Shown here in pieces: positions 37,176-46,842 of a stretch of DNA of 64,000 nucleotides (position 1 is its first letter; each line of letters starts with the position of its first letter). Source of the DNA: Bacteroidales bacterium (lineage in GTDB: Bacteria > Bacteroidota > Bacteroidia > Bacteroidales > UBA4181). The stretch spans positions 17,318 through 81,317 of the forward strand of contig JAISOY010000211.1 in the NCBI GenBank assembly GCA_031275285.1, in the 5' to 3' direction. A program made the translations under genes and the position numbers. The notes below the pieces were generated by a model. That model did no database searches, was not told the DNA's origin, and saw nothing but the letters and a program-made list of their open reading frames with translations.

Positions 37176-38138
37176 TTATCTGGGAACTTCTATCTTCTGG
37201 ATGATCTGTCTGACCATATCGTCCGGGCTGGAGCCTTCCATTTCTTTTTCGGGAGAAAGCATGATCCTGTGCCGGAGAACAGGATAAGCCAGTTCCTGGA
37301 TATCTTCAGGGGTAATGAAGTCACGTCCCTGCATGGCAGCCCAGGCTTTTGTCCCATTCAATAAAGCTATAGAGGCACGTGGGGAAGCACCCAGGTACAA
37401 AGCTGGGTTTCCTCTGGTTGCAGCAACTATCTGGGCAATATATTCCAATAAATCCGGTTTTACATATACCGATTGAATCGAGGAACGCAGATTCCGGATA
37501 ATATCGGCATTCAGTACTTTGGGAAGATCGGTGGTTTGTGCAAATAACCCGTTATTGTGGCGTTGCATGATTTCAACTTCCTGAACTGTATCAGGATAAC
37601 TCACCAGGATTTTAAACATGAAACGATCCAGTTGCGCTTCCGGAAGCCGGTAAGTACCTTCCTGGTCAATAGGATTTTGTGTGGCAACTACCATGAACGG
37701 ATACGACATCGGATAGGTGACGCCATCATAAGTTACCTGACGTTCTTCCATTACCTCAAATAATGCGGCCTGGGTTTTGGCCGGGGCACGGTTGATCTCG
37801 TCGGTAAGGATGATATTGGCGAATACCGGTCCGTTCCTGAATTCAAAAATGCCTTTGGCAGGAAGATATACAGACGATCCTGTTACATCCGAAGGCATTA
37901 AATCCGGTGTAAATTGTATCCGGCTGAATCCGGCATCAACGATCTCAGCAAGGAGTTTCGCCGAAAGGGTTTTAGCCACACCGGGAACTCCTTCAATCAG
38001 TACATGGCCTTCTGATAAAATAGCGACCAGCAATAAGTCTATCATCTGTTGCTGACCCACAATCAGTTTGCCAATGGATTCCCTGGCCGATTGTATCCGT
38101 TCGTTCAATTGTGAAAAATCAATGCGTGCTTCAAACAT
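37176..38138 (-). CDS. MoxR-family AAA+ ATPase
   Basis: 320 aa: Walker A GVPGVAKT, Walker B ILTDEINRA, MVVATQNP, and a MoxR-type C-terminus. Confidence 0.93.
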   Translation of the reverse strand: MFEARIDFSQLNERIQSARESIGKLIVGQQQMIDLLLVAILSEGHVLIEGVPGVAKTLSAKLLAEIVDAGFSRIQFTPDLMPSDVTGSSVYLPAKGIFEFRNGPVFANIILTDEINRAPAKTQAALFEVMEERQVTYDGVTYPMSYPFMVVATQNPIDQEGTYRLPEAQLDRFMFKILVSYPDTVQEVEIMQRHNNGLFAQTTDLPKVLNADIIRNLRSSIQSVYVKPDLLEYIAQIVAATRGNPALYLGASPRASIALLNGTKAWAAMQGRDFITPEDIQELAYPVLRHRIMLSPEKEMEGSSPDDMVRQIIQKIEVPR

Positions 38139-38161
38139 ATCTGTTTTATTTGAGATTAATA

Positions 38162-39352
38162 TCAGTGATGTAAGGTACTTTCATGAAAATCTTCTAGGGT
38201 TTTGTTCAGTTTTTCCAATTCATCGGCAGTCAGGCTGTTTTGTTTTCCGACCTGTTCGATTTTCCATACCAGATATTGCGTCTTGTCTTGAGGATAGCCC
38301 GATTTCAGGGAAAGCATATGTGTAAATTCTTCATCCAGGGTATGGGTTGGTAAGTGGTACAGGTTGCGTACCTGTTCCAGGAAAAAAGTGATCTTTTTTC
38401 TGGCAATGCTTTGATGATCCTGTTTTTGATAATACAGCCGGCTGACAACATTCAAAAAGTCGAGGGTGGTATTCCTGAGCGGACGTACTACCGGAATGAT
38501 CCGTTGACGACGTTTCCCTTCGATCAGGATAAAGAACAATATGCCGAATATGCTTGTGTAATACGCCCAACGCATTTGAGGTCGCTGCATGACTACATGC
38601 AATAGGCTTGTTGCGCCGGCTCTTCCCTGTTTCAGATATTCATCCCAGATAACCGTTTTTCCGGGAGGTAAATATGATAATGCTTTAAAGGCATAATCGG
38701 AAGTGGTATCGTTCAGGACATAGTAATTGGAAAAAGCCAAAGGTAAAAGATGCAGGTAAATGTTTCCTTTTCCATGATCGATCCTGATAAAATTAGGTTT
38801 AGCTATTGTGTTTTTTCCAAGTATGGTATATTTTGACAAGGAGTCCGGTTCAAAAAAGAGGATGTTCGAGGTTTTCTGAAAACTATATGGCCGGGTATTC
38901 AGTTCCGGATGGGTGAAGGTGACGGATGTGTCACGCAATGCCTGTGCCAGTGTGTCATTGATCAGGAAATGGAGACTATCGGAAAGCATGCTTCCCGAAT
39001 GCATGTACTGGGTGGCAATGAATACAGAATTTCCTTTTGATATAAAATTCAACAGGCTTTTTGTATCGAGTTCGTCCAGGGATAGATTATTGCAGATAAA
39101 AATATAATGGGCTTCCAAAGTGCTGTCCTTTTCCAGGAAATTGTATGCCGGAACCCGTGCTTCTATGATTTCCTGCCCGGGGAATACCTCACCCATCAGA
39201 TTGTACAGGACGTGGGTGCCGAATGGAATTTTATCATTATTGGATAATGTTCTCGACCAGTTAATGGGTTTGGGCCGGTATACCTCAAAAAGGACTGCAG
39301 CCGCAAATATCAGGACCAGGATTACGACATATTTGATCTCGTTTTTTGTCAT
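38162..39352 (-). CDS. DUF4350-like membrane-anchored protein
   Basis: N-terminal TM followed by PKPINWSRTLSNNDKIPFGTHVLYNLM, typical of the Bacteroidota DUF4350 proteins found next to MoxR. A second TM lies near residue 270. It has an ATGA overlap with the upstream gene. Confidence 0.7.
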   Translation of the reverse strand: MTKNEIKYVVILVLIFAAAVLFEVYRPKPINWSRTLSNNDKIPFGTHVLYNLMGEVFPGQEIIEARVPAYNFLEKDSTLEAHYIFICNNLSLDELDTKSLLNFISKGNSVFIATQYMHSGSMLSDSLHFLINDTLAQALRDTSVTFTHPELNTRPYSFQKTSNILFFEPDSLSKYTILGKNTIAKPNFIRIDHGKGNIYLHLLPLAFSNYYVLNDTTSDYAFKALSYLPPGKTVIWDEYLKQGRAGATSLLHVVMQRPQMRWAYYTSIFGILFFILIEGKRRQRIIPVVRPLRNTTLDFLNVVSRLYYQKQDHQSIARKKITFFLEQVRNLYHLPTHTLDEEFTHMLSLKSGYPQDKTQYLVWKIEQVGKQNSLTADELEKLNKTLEDFHESTLHH

Positions 39353-40095
39353 GACAGTAATCCTTTCAATTGATGATAATTGTCTGCTACATCAGCATAA
39401 TGTTTCTCGGTAATATCAAAATCTCCATACCAGACATATTCATATTGCCGGGTAAGTTCTGCAAACGGATTACGAAGTTTTTCACGGTTGATCTCACCCA
39501 GGTAAGAACGATTGGTTTTGTCCGGCTGCCAGTGTATTTGTCCGGCATCAGACAATAGTTTTAACATGATCAGATAGGTGAGGCGTACGGCCAGCCGGTA
39601 TTGTTGCTGGTCCAGTGCTTTTTCAAGCATCTTGTCCAGTTGGGCGGTACGGATATCCTGATCGATCGTCTTATCCGAAAGGTCGATTGTTTCCGGGGAA
39701 CTGAAGAAGATTCCGGATGTGTCTATTTTCAGCATTTTAAGCAGGACAAAAACAGCTGCAACAACCAACAGGATGATCAAAATCCGTTTGGTCCATTTTC
39801 CGGATACATCCGAGTCAAATACGCTCCGGAGCCATTTTTGCAGATAATATTTAACATGTTCCCAGAAAGTGGTAGGATATTGGACATCCCTGGTATACCT
39901 GAATTCGGGATTTCGCCGGAAACGATCCAGGGATGCTTCATCCGGTAGCCGGACAGTAACCGGGGAATGGTCTGTCGAAACGATTGGGGCGGAAATATCA
40001 TTTGGATCCTGTATTTCCATAGATACAGCTGCATCCGGCAGCAGGAATAAAGCAACCAGAACCAGGAATACAGTATATTTACACAAATCAGACAA
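39349..40095 (-). CDS. DUF4129-like protein
   Basis: Signal or TM segment, SLDRFRRNPEFRY, a central TM, and C-terminal WQPDKTNRSYL...YEYVWYGDF, typical of DUF4129. Confidence 0.7.
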   Translation of the reverse strand: MSDLCKYTVFLVLVALFLLPDAAVSMEIQDPNDISAPIVSTDHSPVTVRLPDEASLDRFRRNPEFRYTRDVQYPTTFWEHVKYYLQKWLRSVFDSDVSGKWTKRILIILLVVAAVFVLLKMLKIDTSGIFFSSPETIDLSDKTIDQDIRTAQLDKMLEKALDQQQYRLAVRLTYLIMLKLLSDAGQIHWQPDKTNRSYLGEINREKLRNPFAELTRQYEYVWYGDFDITEKHYADVADNYHQLKGLLS

Positions 40096-40118
40096 TGTGG
40101 CAATTGACTTGAAACGAT

Positions 40119-41033
40119 TTAAAACCCGCCTTCGTTTTCAGAAGTTTCTTCTTTTCCAAGCTGTTCTATTTTTTCCAGAAGACCAGTTCCTTCTTTCTTT
40201 TCGACCAGGTTAAAGTATTGGAATCCGAGAGCGAGTGTGGGCAATACCGACATCAGGTATGATCCCAGGAACAGGATCAGGGAACAGATAATGATCAGGA
40301 GATTTCCTGTTTCACCTATCTGCATGATCGCGGCTACACCCATTGAAACATAGAAGGGGATGGCAAAAACAACGGAAGCAATACCTACCACCAATCCCAT
40401 AACCAATAGGAGCCAAAAGGTAGCCCACCAGTTACTTCTGATCAGGAAAAAACTCCGGTTGATACTTTCGATCAATGGTTTTTTTTCGATGATCATGATG
40501 GGAAAAGTCAGGGAAACGGCTATGAAGATATAGAATAATAAGATAGAAGCCAGCAGGACTTTAAAAAACATCATGTTTTGAGGAATGGGTATGGCCACGA
40601 TGATCACCATAGCAAGGATCAATACGATAAAAAATACGATACCAAAGCCTATGATCGGTAAAATATATGTTTTGCCCCGGTTCCATATGGTTTCTATACT
40701 GATATTTCTGTTCCCTCCGGCATATTCGGCCATATATGCATATATGGCGATCATCATCCATAAGGAGGCCAGGCCCAGAAGTAAATTGGCGAAGATTCCT
40801 TCAAAAGCCGAATTCAGGGTAGTGAGCCCCTCATCTAAATCAAGTGACATTACATCTATAGCATTGGAATAAAGCATGCCGAACATAATACTGCCCAACA
40901 AAATCAAAGGACCTACAGTAAATAAGATGATTTTGAAAAGTGATTTGAAATTGAGTTGCACAAAGGAAAAAACCGCATTGAATTTTTCACCGAAATCGCG
41001 TATTTCGCGAAGATTAATTTCTTTATAGTTCAT
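40119..41033 (-). CDS. Polytopic membrane protein (unknown function)
   Basis: About 6-7 hydrophobic helices. Start chosen at the Met at 41033 (MNYKEINLREI), giving an 11-nt overlap with the upstream gene. The ORF-track start is 41105. Confidence 0.65.
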   Translation of the reverse strand: MNYKEINLREIRDFGEKFNAVFSFVQLNFKSLFKIILFTVGPLILLGSIMFGMLYSNAIDVMSLDLDEGLTTLNSAFEGIFANLLLGLASLWMMIAIYAYMAEYAGGNRNISIETIWNRGKTYILPIIGFGIVFFIVLILAMVIIVAIPIPQNMMFFKVLLASILLFYIFIAVSLTFPIMIIEKKPLIESINRSFFLIRSNWWATFWLLLVMGLVVGIASVVFAIPFYVSMGVAAIMQIGETGNLLIIICSLILFLGSYLMSVLPTLALGFQYFNLVEKKEGTGLLEKIEQLGKEETSENEGGF

Positions 41034-41976
41034 GGGTATTGGTTTGGTTAAGACGAATAGGATAAATAATGAAATAAAAAATGATAAAAGCCAGGGAGCT
41101 GCCAATAATGGTCAGGCTCATCCATACCGGCATTTCGGTATGCCTGGTGACGTATGATTCGAAAAAGGCGGCAATGATAAAGACAGGTACAAGTCCGGCA
41201 ACGATTTTCATGCCTCTCCGGACACCCCTGCTGAATGATTCGCTCCGGGAATAAGTGCCTGGGAATAAGATGCTGTTACCCATGACGAGTCCGGCACAAC
41301 CGGCAATCACGATGGCCGAAATTTCCAGTGTACCATGTATCCAGATCGTCAGGAGGGATTCGGTAAGTACCCCGTATTGAAAAAAGAAATACTGGAATGC
41401 CCCCAGCATTACACCATTTTGAAACAATACCATGACTGTTCCCATGGAAAAGAAGATGCCGAATACAAAGGCTAAAAAAGAAACCCGGATATTGTTGTAC
41501 ATAATGTAAACGAACATGGAACTTTCGTTTACACCTTTATATACGGCCATCGGGTCGCCTTTCCTGATATTTTCAATAGTCATGTTTACATAAGAATCCC
41601 CTAAAATGAGCCGGACAAAATTTTCATCTTTGGATGCGGAAAATGCTCCGATCAAGGCAGAGATCATAAAAATGACAAAGGCGGTCAATAATTGCCTGTG
41701 GGCTCCATAAAAGAGTTGGGGTAACTCCTTTTTCCAAAATGTAATAAACCGGCTGGCCGGTTGTTTTTTGTTTTTATAGAGATAGAGGTAATATTTTCCT
41801 GCCAGTTGATTCAGGTATCGCTCTGTGTTTGATTCCGGATAAAATGTACGGGCATAGGATAAGTCATCTGTTAATTCAATAAAAGCATCGGCCAACTCAT
41901 CAGCATTGTCGGATACATTTTTTTCAAACCTCGTCCATTTATCCTGGTTTTTCTGAACAAAAGTGATTTCGCGCAT
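41023..41976 (-). CDS. SpoIIM-family (stage II sporulation protein M-like) membrane protein
   Basis: The soluble N-terminal region MREITFVQKNQDKWTRFE... followed by a multi-TM core with GVMLGAF and HGTLEISAIVIAG is typical of the SpoIIM family. Confidence 0.72.
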   Translation of the reverse strand: MREITFVQKNQDKWTRFEKNVSDNADELADAFIELTDDLSYARTFYPESNTERYLNQLAGKYYLYLYKNKKQPASRFITFWKKELPQLFYGAHRQLLTAFVIFMISALIGAFSASKDENFVRLILGDSYVNMTIENIRKGDPMAVYKGVNESSMFVYIMYNNIRVSFLAFVFGIFFSMGTVMVLFQNGVMLGAFQYFFFQYGVLTESLLTIWIHGTLEISAIVIAGCAGLVMGNSILFPGTYSRSESFSRGVRRGMKIVAGLVPVFIIAAFFESYVTRHTEMPVWMSLTIIGSSLAFIIFYFIIYPIRLNQTNTHEL

Positions 41977-42067
41977 TACCTCATTTTTGAGAAAACAAAG
42001 ATAAGCATCTTTTAATTACTTTGAAGAGGATTACAGAATCCGCCTGGTACCAGATTGATGAAAACCC

Positions 42068-42098
42068 TTTGTTATTACCGTCAATAACTGTATATTTG
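42068..42098 (+). promoter_or_regulatory. Candidate Bacteroidota sigma-A promoter for dxs (TTTG-N19-TATATTTG)
   Basis: TTTG at 42068-71 and TATATTTG at 42091-98, with canonical 19-nt spacing. The -7 box ends 9 nt before the dxs ATG. Confidence 0.55.
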
Positions 42099-42107
42099 CC
42101 CCTCAAA

Positions 42108-44033
42108 ATGGACAGGGACCACACGATAGATCAAACCGGGAATTTGCTGGAGCGGATTCACCTGCCTTCTGACTTGAAAAAGCTGACGACAGAAGAGATG
42201 CTCGTATTGTCTTCACAGCTTCGCCAGTTCATTATTGATGCAACCAGTCATAATCCGGGTCATTTAGGGGCTAACCTGGGGGTAGTGGAACTGGCTGTTG
42301 CCCTTCATTATGTTTTTGATACACCCAACGATAAGATCATCTGGGATGTGGGCCATCAGGCATACGCACATAAAATACTTACCGGCAGGAAGGATAACTT
42401 CCATACGAACCGGAAATACGGAGGATTAAGTGGTTTCCCAAATCCGGCGGAAAGCGAATATGATGCGTTTGGAGTCGGCCACTCATCGACTTCTATATCG
42501 GCCGCTTTAGGTATAGCTGTTGCTTCAAAGCTGGAAAATGAAAAAAGGCAGGTCGTAGCGGTAATCGGTGATGGATCCCTTACCGGTGGAATGGCTTTTG
42601 AAGCTTTGAACCATGCCGGCGCTGAACGTGCGAACATGTTGGTTATCCTGAATGATAATAATATGTCCATTGATCCGAATGTCGGAGCCCTGAAAGAATA
42701 CCTGATCGATATTACCACTTCATATACCTATAACAAGCTAAAGAAGGAAGTCTGGGATATCATGCACAAACATTCCCGTTCGCGCCGGATGATACAACAG
42801 ATCGAACGTGGGATCAAAGCAGTACTGATGAAACAAGGTAACCTTTTTGAAGCGCTTGGCTTTCGTTATTTTGGTCCGGTCGATGGGCACGATATCACTT
42901 ACCTGACGCGGATATTGCAGGACATGAAGCGTATTGAAGGGCCAAAATTGTTGCATGTGCTGACCACCAAAGGGAAAGGATATGAGTTTGCCGAAAAGGA
43001 CCAGACCCGCTGGCATGCACCGGGATTATTCAACAAGGAAACCGGAGAGTTGATCCGTGTATCAACTGATCAGCCGCAACCACCCTTGTACCAGGAGGTT
43101 TTCGGACAAACCCTGACCCAGCTGGCAGAAAAAAACGATAGAATCGTTGGCGTTACCCCGGCCATGTCCAGCGGGTGTTCCATGAGTCATTTGATGAAGC
43201 GTTTTCCGGATCGCTTTTTTGATGTCGGCATTGCTGAACAACATGCGGTTACCTTTTCCGCTGGTCTGGCGATGCAGGGATTGATCCCTTTTTGTAATAT
43301 TTATTCATCTTTCCTGCAGCGGGCATATGATCAGGTGATCCATGATGTCGCCCTGCAGAAACTTCCTGTAGTTTTATGTATTGACCGGGCGGGCCTGGTG
43401 GGGGAAGATGGTGCTACACACCATGGCGCCTATGATCTGGCTTATCTCCGGAGTATTCCTAATATGGTTATCTCGGCGCCCATGAATGAGATACAGTTAC
43501 GTCATTTGATGTATACGGCACAAAACGGGAAATATGGCCCCTTTGCCATACGTTATCCCAGGGGACATGGTGTAACCACGAAGTGGGAAGAACCGTTCCG
43601 GGAACTTCCTGTCGGAAAGGGAAAAGTTGTCCGTGAAGGGGATGATATCGCCATTGTCAGTATCGGAACAGTAGGGAACTCGGTGATTGAAGCCTGTCGT
43701 AAGCTTGAAGATGAGGGGGTTCATGCCGCACACTATGATATGATTTTCTTAAAACCGCTTGATGAAGAGCTTTTGCATAGTATATGCAGGAAGCATAGGC
43801 TTTTGGTGACCATAGAAGATGGAACCGTTCTCGGAGGTCTGGGGAGCGCCGTATTGGAATTTGCCAACGATCATAACTATGAGGTACAGGTAAAGCGATT
43901 GGGTATTCCGGATCGTTTTGTGACGCACGGAACGATACAGGAACTGCAGCATGAGTGCGGGTATGATGTAGAAGGTATTGTAAATACGGTAAAAAGCATA
44001 TTACAGCGGGTGGTTCTTTCACATGTCGGTTAA
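42108..44033 (+). CDS. dxs: 1-deoxy-D-xylulose-5-phosphate synthase
   Basis: GHLGANLGVVEL, WDVGHQAYAHKILTGR, TPP motif GDGSLTGGMAFEALN, IAEQHAV. The ATG at 42108 was chosen over the TTG at 42021. Confidence 0.95.
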   Translation: MDRDHTIDQTGNLLERIHLPSDLKKLTTEEMLVLSSQLRQFIIDATSHNPGHLGANLGVVELAVALHYVFDTPNDKIIWDVGHQAYAHKILTGRKDNFHTNRKYGGLSGFPNPAESEYDAFGVGHSSTSISAALGIAVASKLENEKRQVVAVIGDGSLTGGMAFEALNHAGAERANMLVILNDNNMSIDPNVGALKEYLIDITTSYTYNKLKKEVWDIMHKHSRSRRMIQQIERGIKAVLMKQGNLFEALGFRYFGPVDGHDITYLTRILQDMKRIEGPKLLHVLTTKGKGYEFAEKDQTRWHAPGLFNKETGELIRVSTDQPQPPLYQEVFGQTLTQLAEKNDRIVGVTPAMSSGCSMSHLMKRFPDRFFDVGIAEQHAVTFSAGLAMQGLIPFCNIYSSFLQRAYDQVIHDVALQKLPVVLCIDRAGLVGEDGATHHGAYDLAYLRSIPNMVISAPMNEIQLRHLMYTAQNGKYGPFAIRYPRGHGVTTKWEEPFRELPVGKGKVVREGDDIAIVSIGTVGNSVIEACRKLEDEGVHAAHYDMIFLKPLDEELLHSICRKHRLLVTIEDGTVLGGLGSAVLEFANDHNYEVQVKRLGIPDRFVTHGTIQELQHECGYDVEGIVNTVKSILQRVVLSHVG

Positions 44034-44055
44034 TTCACTATAAAATAAGGCTTGT

Positions 44056-45051
44056 ATGGATCGTTTACGGTTTGGTGTGATCGGAACTAATTTTATATCC
44101 GATTGGGTCATTGCAGGAGGAAAACAGGATGAACGTTTTGAGTTATCTGCTGTATATTCGCGTACTCAGGAAACAGCAGATGCTTTTGCTTCCAGGCACC
44201 GGATCCCCTATACTTTTACTTCACTGGAGGCCATGTTGGAAAGTCCGCTGATAGATGCGGTATATATAGCCTCTCCCAATGCCCTTCATGCACAGCAAAG
44301 TATCCTTTGCATGGAACATGGAAAACATGTGTTGTGCGAAAAGGCTTTTGCTTCGAATGCACAGGAAGCCCGGGAAATGATGGCTGCATCCGGGCGTAAC
44401 CATGTGGTACTGATGGAAGCCATGAAACCCACGCTTACACCGAATTTTCTAAAGGTGAAGGATTCCCTTTCCAGGATCGGGACCATTCGTCGTTATTTCT
44501 CCTGTTATTGCCAGTATTCTTCACGGTATGACAAATTCCGGGAAGGAACCGTATTGAACGCCTTCCGGCCGGATCTGTCCAACGGAGCTTTGCCGGATAT
44601 CGGCGTGTATACTATTTACCCGATGGTGGTCTTATTCGGGCGTCCGGACAGCATTAAAGCACAGGGATTATTGTTGTCATCCGGAGTGGACGGGGAAGGC
44701 AGTGTGGTTTTCGGTTATCCGGGGATGGATGCGGCTGTGTTGTATTCAAAAATTGCCAACTCTTCCTTACCTACGGAAATACAGGGAGAGGAAGGTAATA
44801 TCATCCTTGACAGGATCAATATAATCGGAGATGTCCGAATTCAATACCGTAACGGTGAAGTTGAAGACCTGACCGCTTTTACTGAAAAAGAAGAATATTA
44901 CTATGAGATAAAGGAATTTATTGATGTAGTGCAGTCAGGAAGAAAGGAATCAACAATCAATAGTCTGGAAAACTCGCTGATCACTGTGGAAATTATGGAT
45001 GAGATACGTAGGCAGATAGGGGTTGTGTATCCTGCTGATAAAAATATCTAA
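44056..45051 (+). CDS. Gfo/Idh/MocA family oxidoreductase
   Basis: N-terminal Rossmann fold LRFGVIGTNFIS, and EKAF in the usual position. Confidence 0.85.
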   Translation: MDRLRFGVIGTNFISDWVIAGGKQDERFELSAVYSRTQETADAFASRHRIPYTFTSLEAMLESPLIDAVYIASPNALHAQQSILCMEHGKHVLCEKAFASNAQEAREMMAASGRNHVVLMEAMKPTLTPNFLKVKDSLSRIGTIRRYFSCYCQYSSRYDKFREGTVLNAFRPDLSNGALPDIGVYTIYPMVVLFGRPDSIKAQGLLLSSGVDGEGSVVFGYPGMDAAVLYSKIANSSLPTEIQGEEGNIILDRINIIGDVRIQYRNGEVEDLTAFTEKEEYYYEIKEFIDVVQSGRKESTINSLENSLITVEIMDEIRRQIGVVYPADKNI

Positions 45052-45146
45052 GAATTACACGCAGCAATTGAAAGATACAACGTCATAATATTAAAGGGAT
45101 GAAATTTACTTGTGACTGATTTTACTGTTATAAATTTACATTTGTT

Positions 45147-45713
45147 ATGAAAAACGTATGGATTTTTGTATTTCTTGGTTTTTTGATATCTTGTTCCGAT
45201 GACGATTCCTTGCCATATTCCTATTCAAGCGAACATACCATCTATTCAAAATCCGAACAAACGACATTGCGGGAACTTGTATTTATGGTAAAACCATATA
45301 TGATAGACCAGGGTATTAAAAAATATATTGTGTCCCCATCAATTATTAACGTGAAAATTATGATCAATGGAGAGGAATGGGGTGTTTTTGAGTCTGTTAA
45401 AGTAGATACGTCTCATATCAATAAGGAAATTTCCGGAGATTTTTATACTTGGCTGACACCTGTTAAATATGTTGTTAGAGCTCCCTACCTGATTTCTGGA
45501 GACATATTGACCACTGCAGGAGCATATTCTGATTTGTTAAATCGGTATATTTCATTAAAGCCAGGGACTTATATATGCCAGATCGAATATTTTGAAATAA
45601 TGAATAATAACCATGAAACACGACGGATATATCCTTTGATTGCAGTACCTTTCGACGTTAAAGAAAATACAGCTAGTGCATTTATTGATGAATTTGAAAT
45701 ATCTATAGATTAA
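45147..45713 (+). CDS. Hypothetical lipoprotein
   Basis: 188 aa with lipobox FLISCSDD. No family recognised. It lies in visibly AT-rich DNA. Confidence 0.55.
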   Translation: MKNVWIFVFLGFLISCSDDDSLPYSYSSEHTIYSKSEQTTLRELVFMVKPYMIDQGIKKYIVSPSIINVKIMINGEEWGVFESVKVDTSHINKEISGDFYTWLTPVKYVVRAPYLISGDILTTAGAYSDLLNRYISLKPGTYICQIEYFEIMNNNHETRRIYPLIAVPFDVKENTASAFIDEFEISID

Positions 45714-45716
45714 ATT

Positions 45717-46064
45717 ATGAGAAAGTTTATATTTTTATTGATATTGATCCCATTCTTCTATTCCTGTAAAGATAAAGCTTATATCAAGATTCAGAATAAA
45801 GTCCGTAATGCGACCCTGAACAATGTGAGTTGGGACAATAACTCTATTGCTTATTCTTTACTTCCGGGCGAAGTCAGTGAGGAATTGAAGATAGTTGATG
45901 ATAAAGACGATTTTCCAAAACGGGCAGTCGTTAAGTTTTATATGCAAGGAGCCGAAAATCAGGTATACCTTCAAACAAAATATTCGTTTTCTTTAGATGC
46001 CGGTCAAACCCTGTTGATTGTGATATCCGATACAACTTCGGTGATCAATCCGATAACAGAATGA
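45717..46064 (+). CDS. Hypothetical lipoprotein
   Basis: 115 aa with lipobox FFYSCKDK. It starts 3 nt after the preceding gene. Confidence 0.55.
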   Translation: MRKFIFLLILIPFFYSCKDKAYIKIQNKVRNATLNNVSWDNNSIAYSLLPGEVSEELKIVDDKDDFPKRAVVKFYMQGAENQVYLQTKYSFSLDAGQTLLIVISDTTSVINPITE

Positions 46065-46149
46065 GCTGAATCCTACCTACTTTTATCCATGTCGTATTTG
46101 TCTATATTTATTTAAGGGAGATACTATTAATACCATTATATCCAAAAAA

Positions 46150-46180
46150 TTTGATTATTTCAAAATGTAAAGTATATTTG
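46150..46180 (+). promoter_or_regulatory. Candidate sigma-A promoter (TTTG-N19-TATATTTG) for the membrane-protein/HTH pair
   Basis: TTTG at 46150-53 and TATATTTG at 46173-80, about 48 nt upstream of the ATG at 46228. Confidence 0.5.
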
Positions 46181-46227
46181 TCAAAAATATATGTTTATTT
46201 TACTTTTTGTCTAATCTGTTTTATACC

Positions 46228-46638
46228 ATGAAAAGGAAAAATGATGTAATTATTCTATTCCCTGCTTATTTTAAGAAAATAGGGATCGCAATTATCGCCT
46301 TTGTATTCATTATGATTGGCGCTTTAAAGATATCAGGAATTGTTTCTGCATTGGATTTATCTAAAGAACTTATCCGGACTGTTATTTATGCGATGTTGAT
46401 CATAGGTTTGTTTTTTATGGCATGGAGCAGGGAAAAAAAAGAAGATGAGATGAGTTTATTTATACGTTTTCAGGCTATTACAGTCTCATTTGTCTTTGTG
46501 ATTGCGTATGTACTGATAGAGCCTGTAGGGAATTATATATTCTCCATGGAAAGAGTTAGTTACGGGCATAATGTCATTTTATTGATGTTGATATTCTATT
46601 TATTGATGTATTATTTGATAAAAAAAAGATATCAATGA
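46228..46638 (+). CDS. Small 4-TM membrane protein paired with an XRE-type regulator
   Basis: Four hydrophobic helices. The stop overlaps the downstream start as ATGA. The ATG at 46228 was preferred to the non-ATG start at 46207. Confidence 0.6.
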   Translation: MKRKNDVIILFPAYFKKIGIAIIAFVFIMIGALKISGIVSALDLSKELIRTVIYAMLIIGLFFMAWSREKKEDEMSLFIRFQAITVSFVFVIAYVLIEPVGNYIFSMERVSYGHNVILLMLIFYLLMYYLIKKRYQ

Positions 46639-46841
46639 GAAATACGATAAAAGTCGAGAGGGCAAAACTGAATATCACCCAGCAGGAGTTGGCTGATAAG
46701 ATCGGTGTTTCACGGCAAACGATCAATTCCATCGAGACACAAAGATTCATACCATCTACCGTGTTAGCGCTTAAAATTTCCGGTTTTTTTAAGGTAACTG
46801 TGAATGAGATCTTTATGCTTGAAGACGATGATTTTATTTGA
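46635..46841 (+). CDS. Short XRE/Cro-type helix-turn-helix transcriptional regulator (YozG/y4mF-like)
   Basis: 68 aa: LNITQQELADKIGVSRQTINSIETQRFIPSTVLALKIS. Confidence 0.88.
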   Translation: MRNTIKVERAKLNITQQELADKIGVSRQTINSIETQRFIPSTVLALKISGFFKVTVNEIFMLEDDDFI

Positions 46842-46842
46842 A

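Noticed and set aside
42021-42107. TTG-initiated 29-aa extension of dxs
   Set aside because: The region contains a well-formed TTTG-N19-TATATTTG promoter. The ATG at 42108 gives a normal-length Dxs.
45137-45144. TACATTTG as the promoter -7 box of the lipoprotein gene at 45147
   Set aside because: The box ends 2 nt before the ATG that is needed for the signal peptide. Transcription would start inside or after the start codon, so this is probably a coincidental match in AT-rich DNA.
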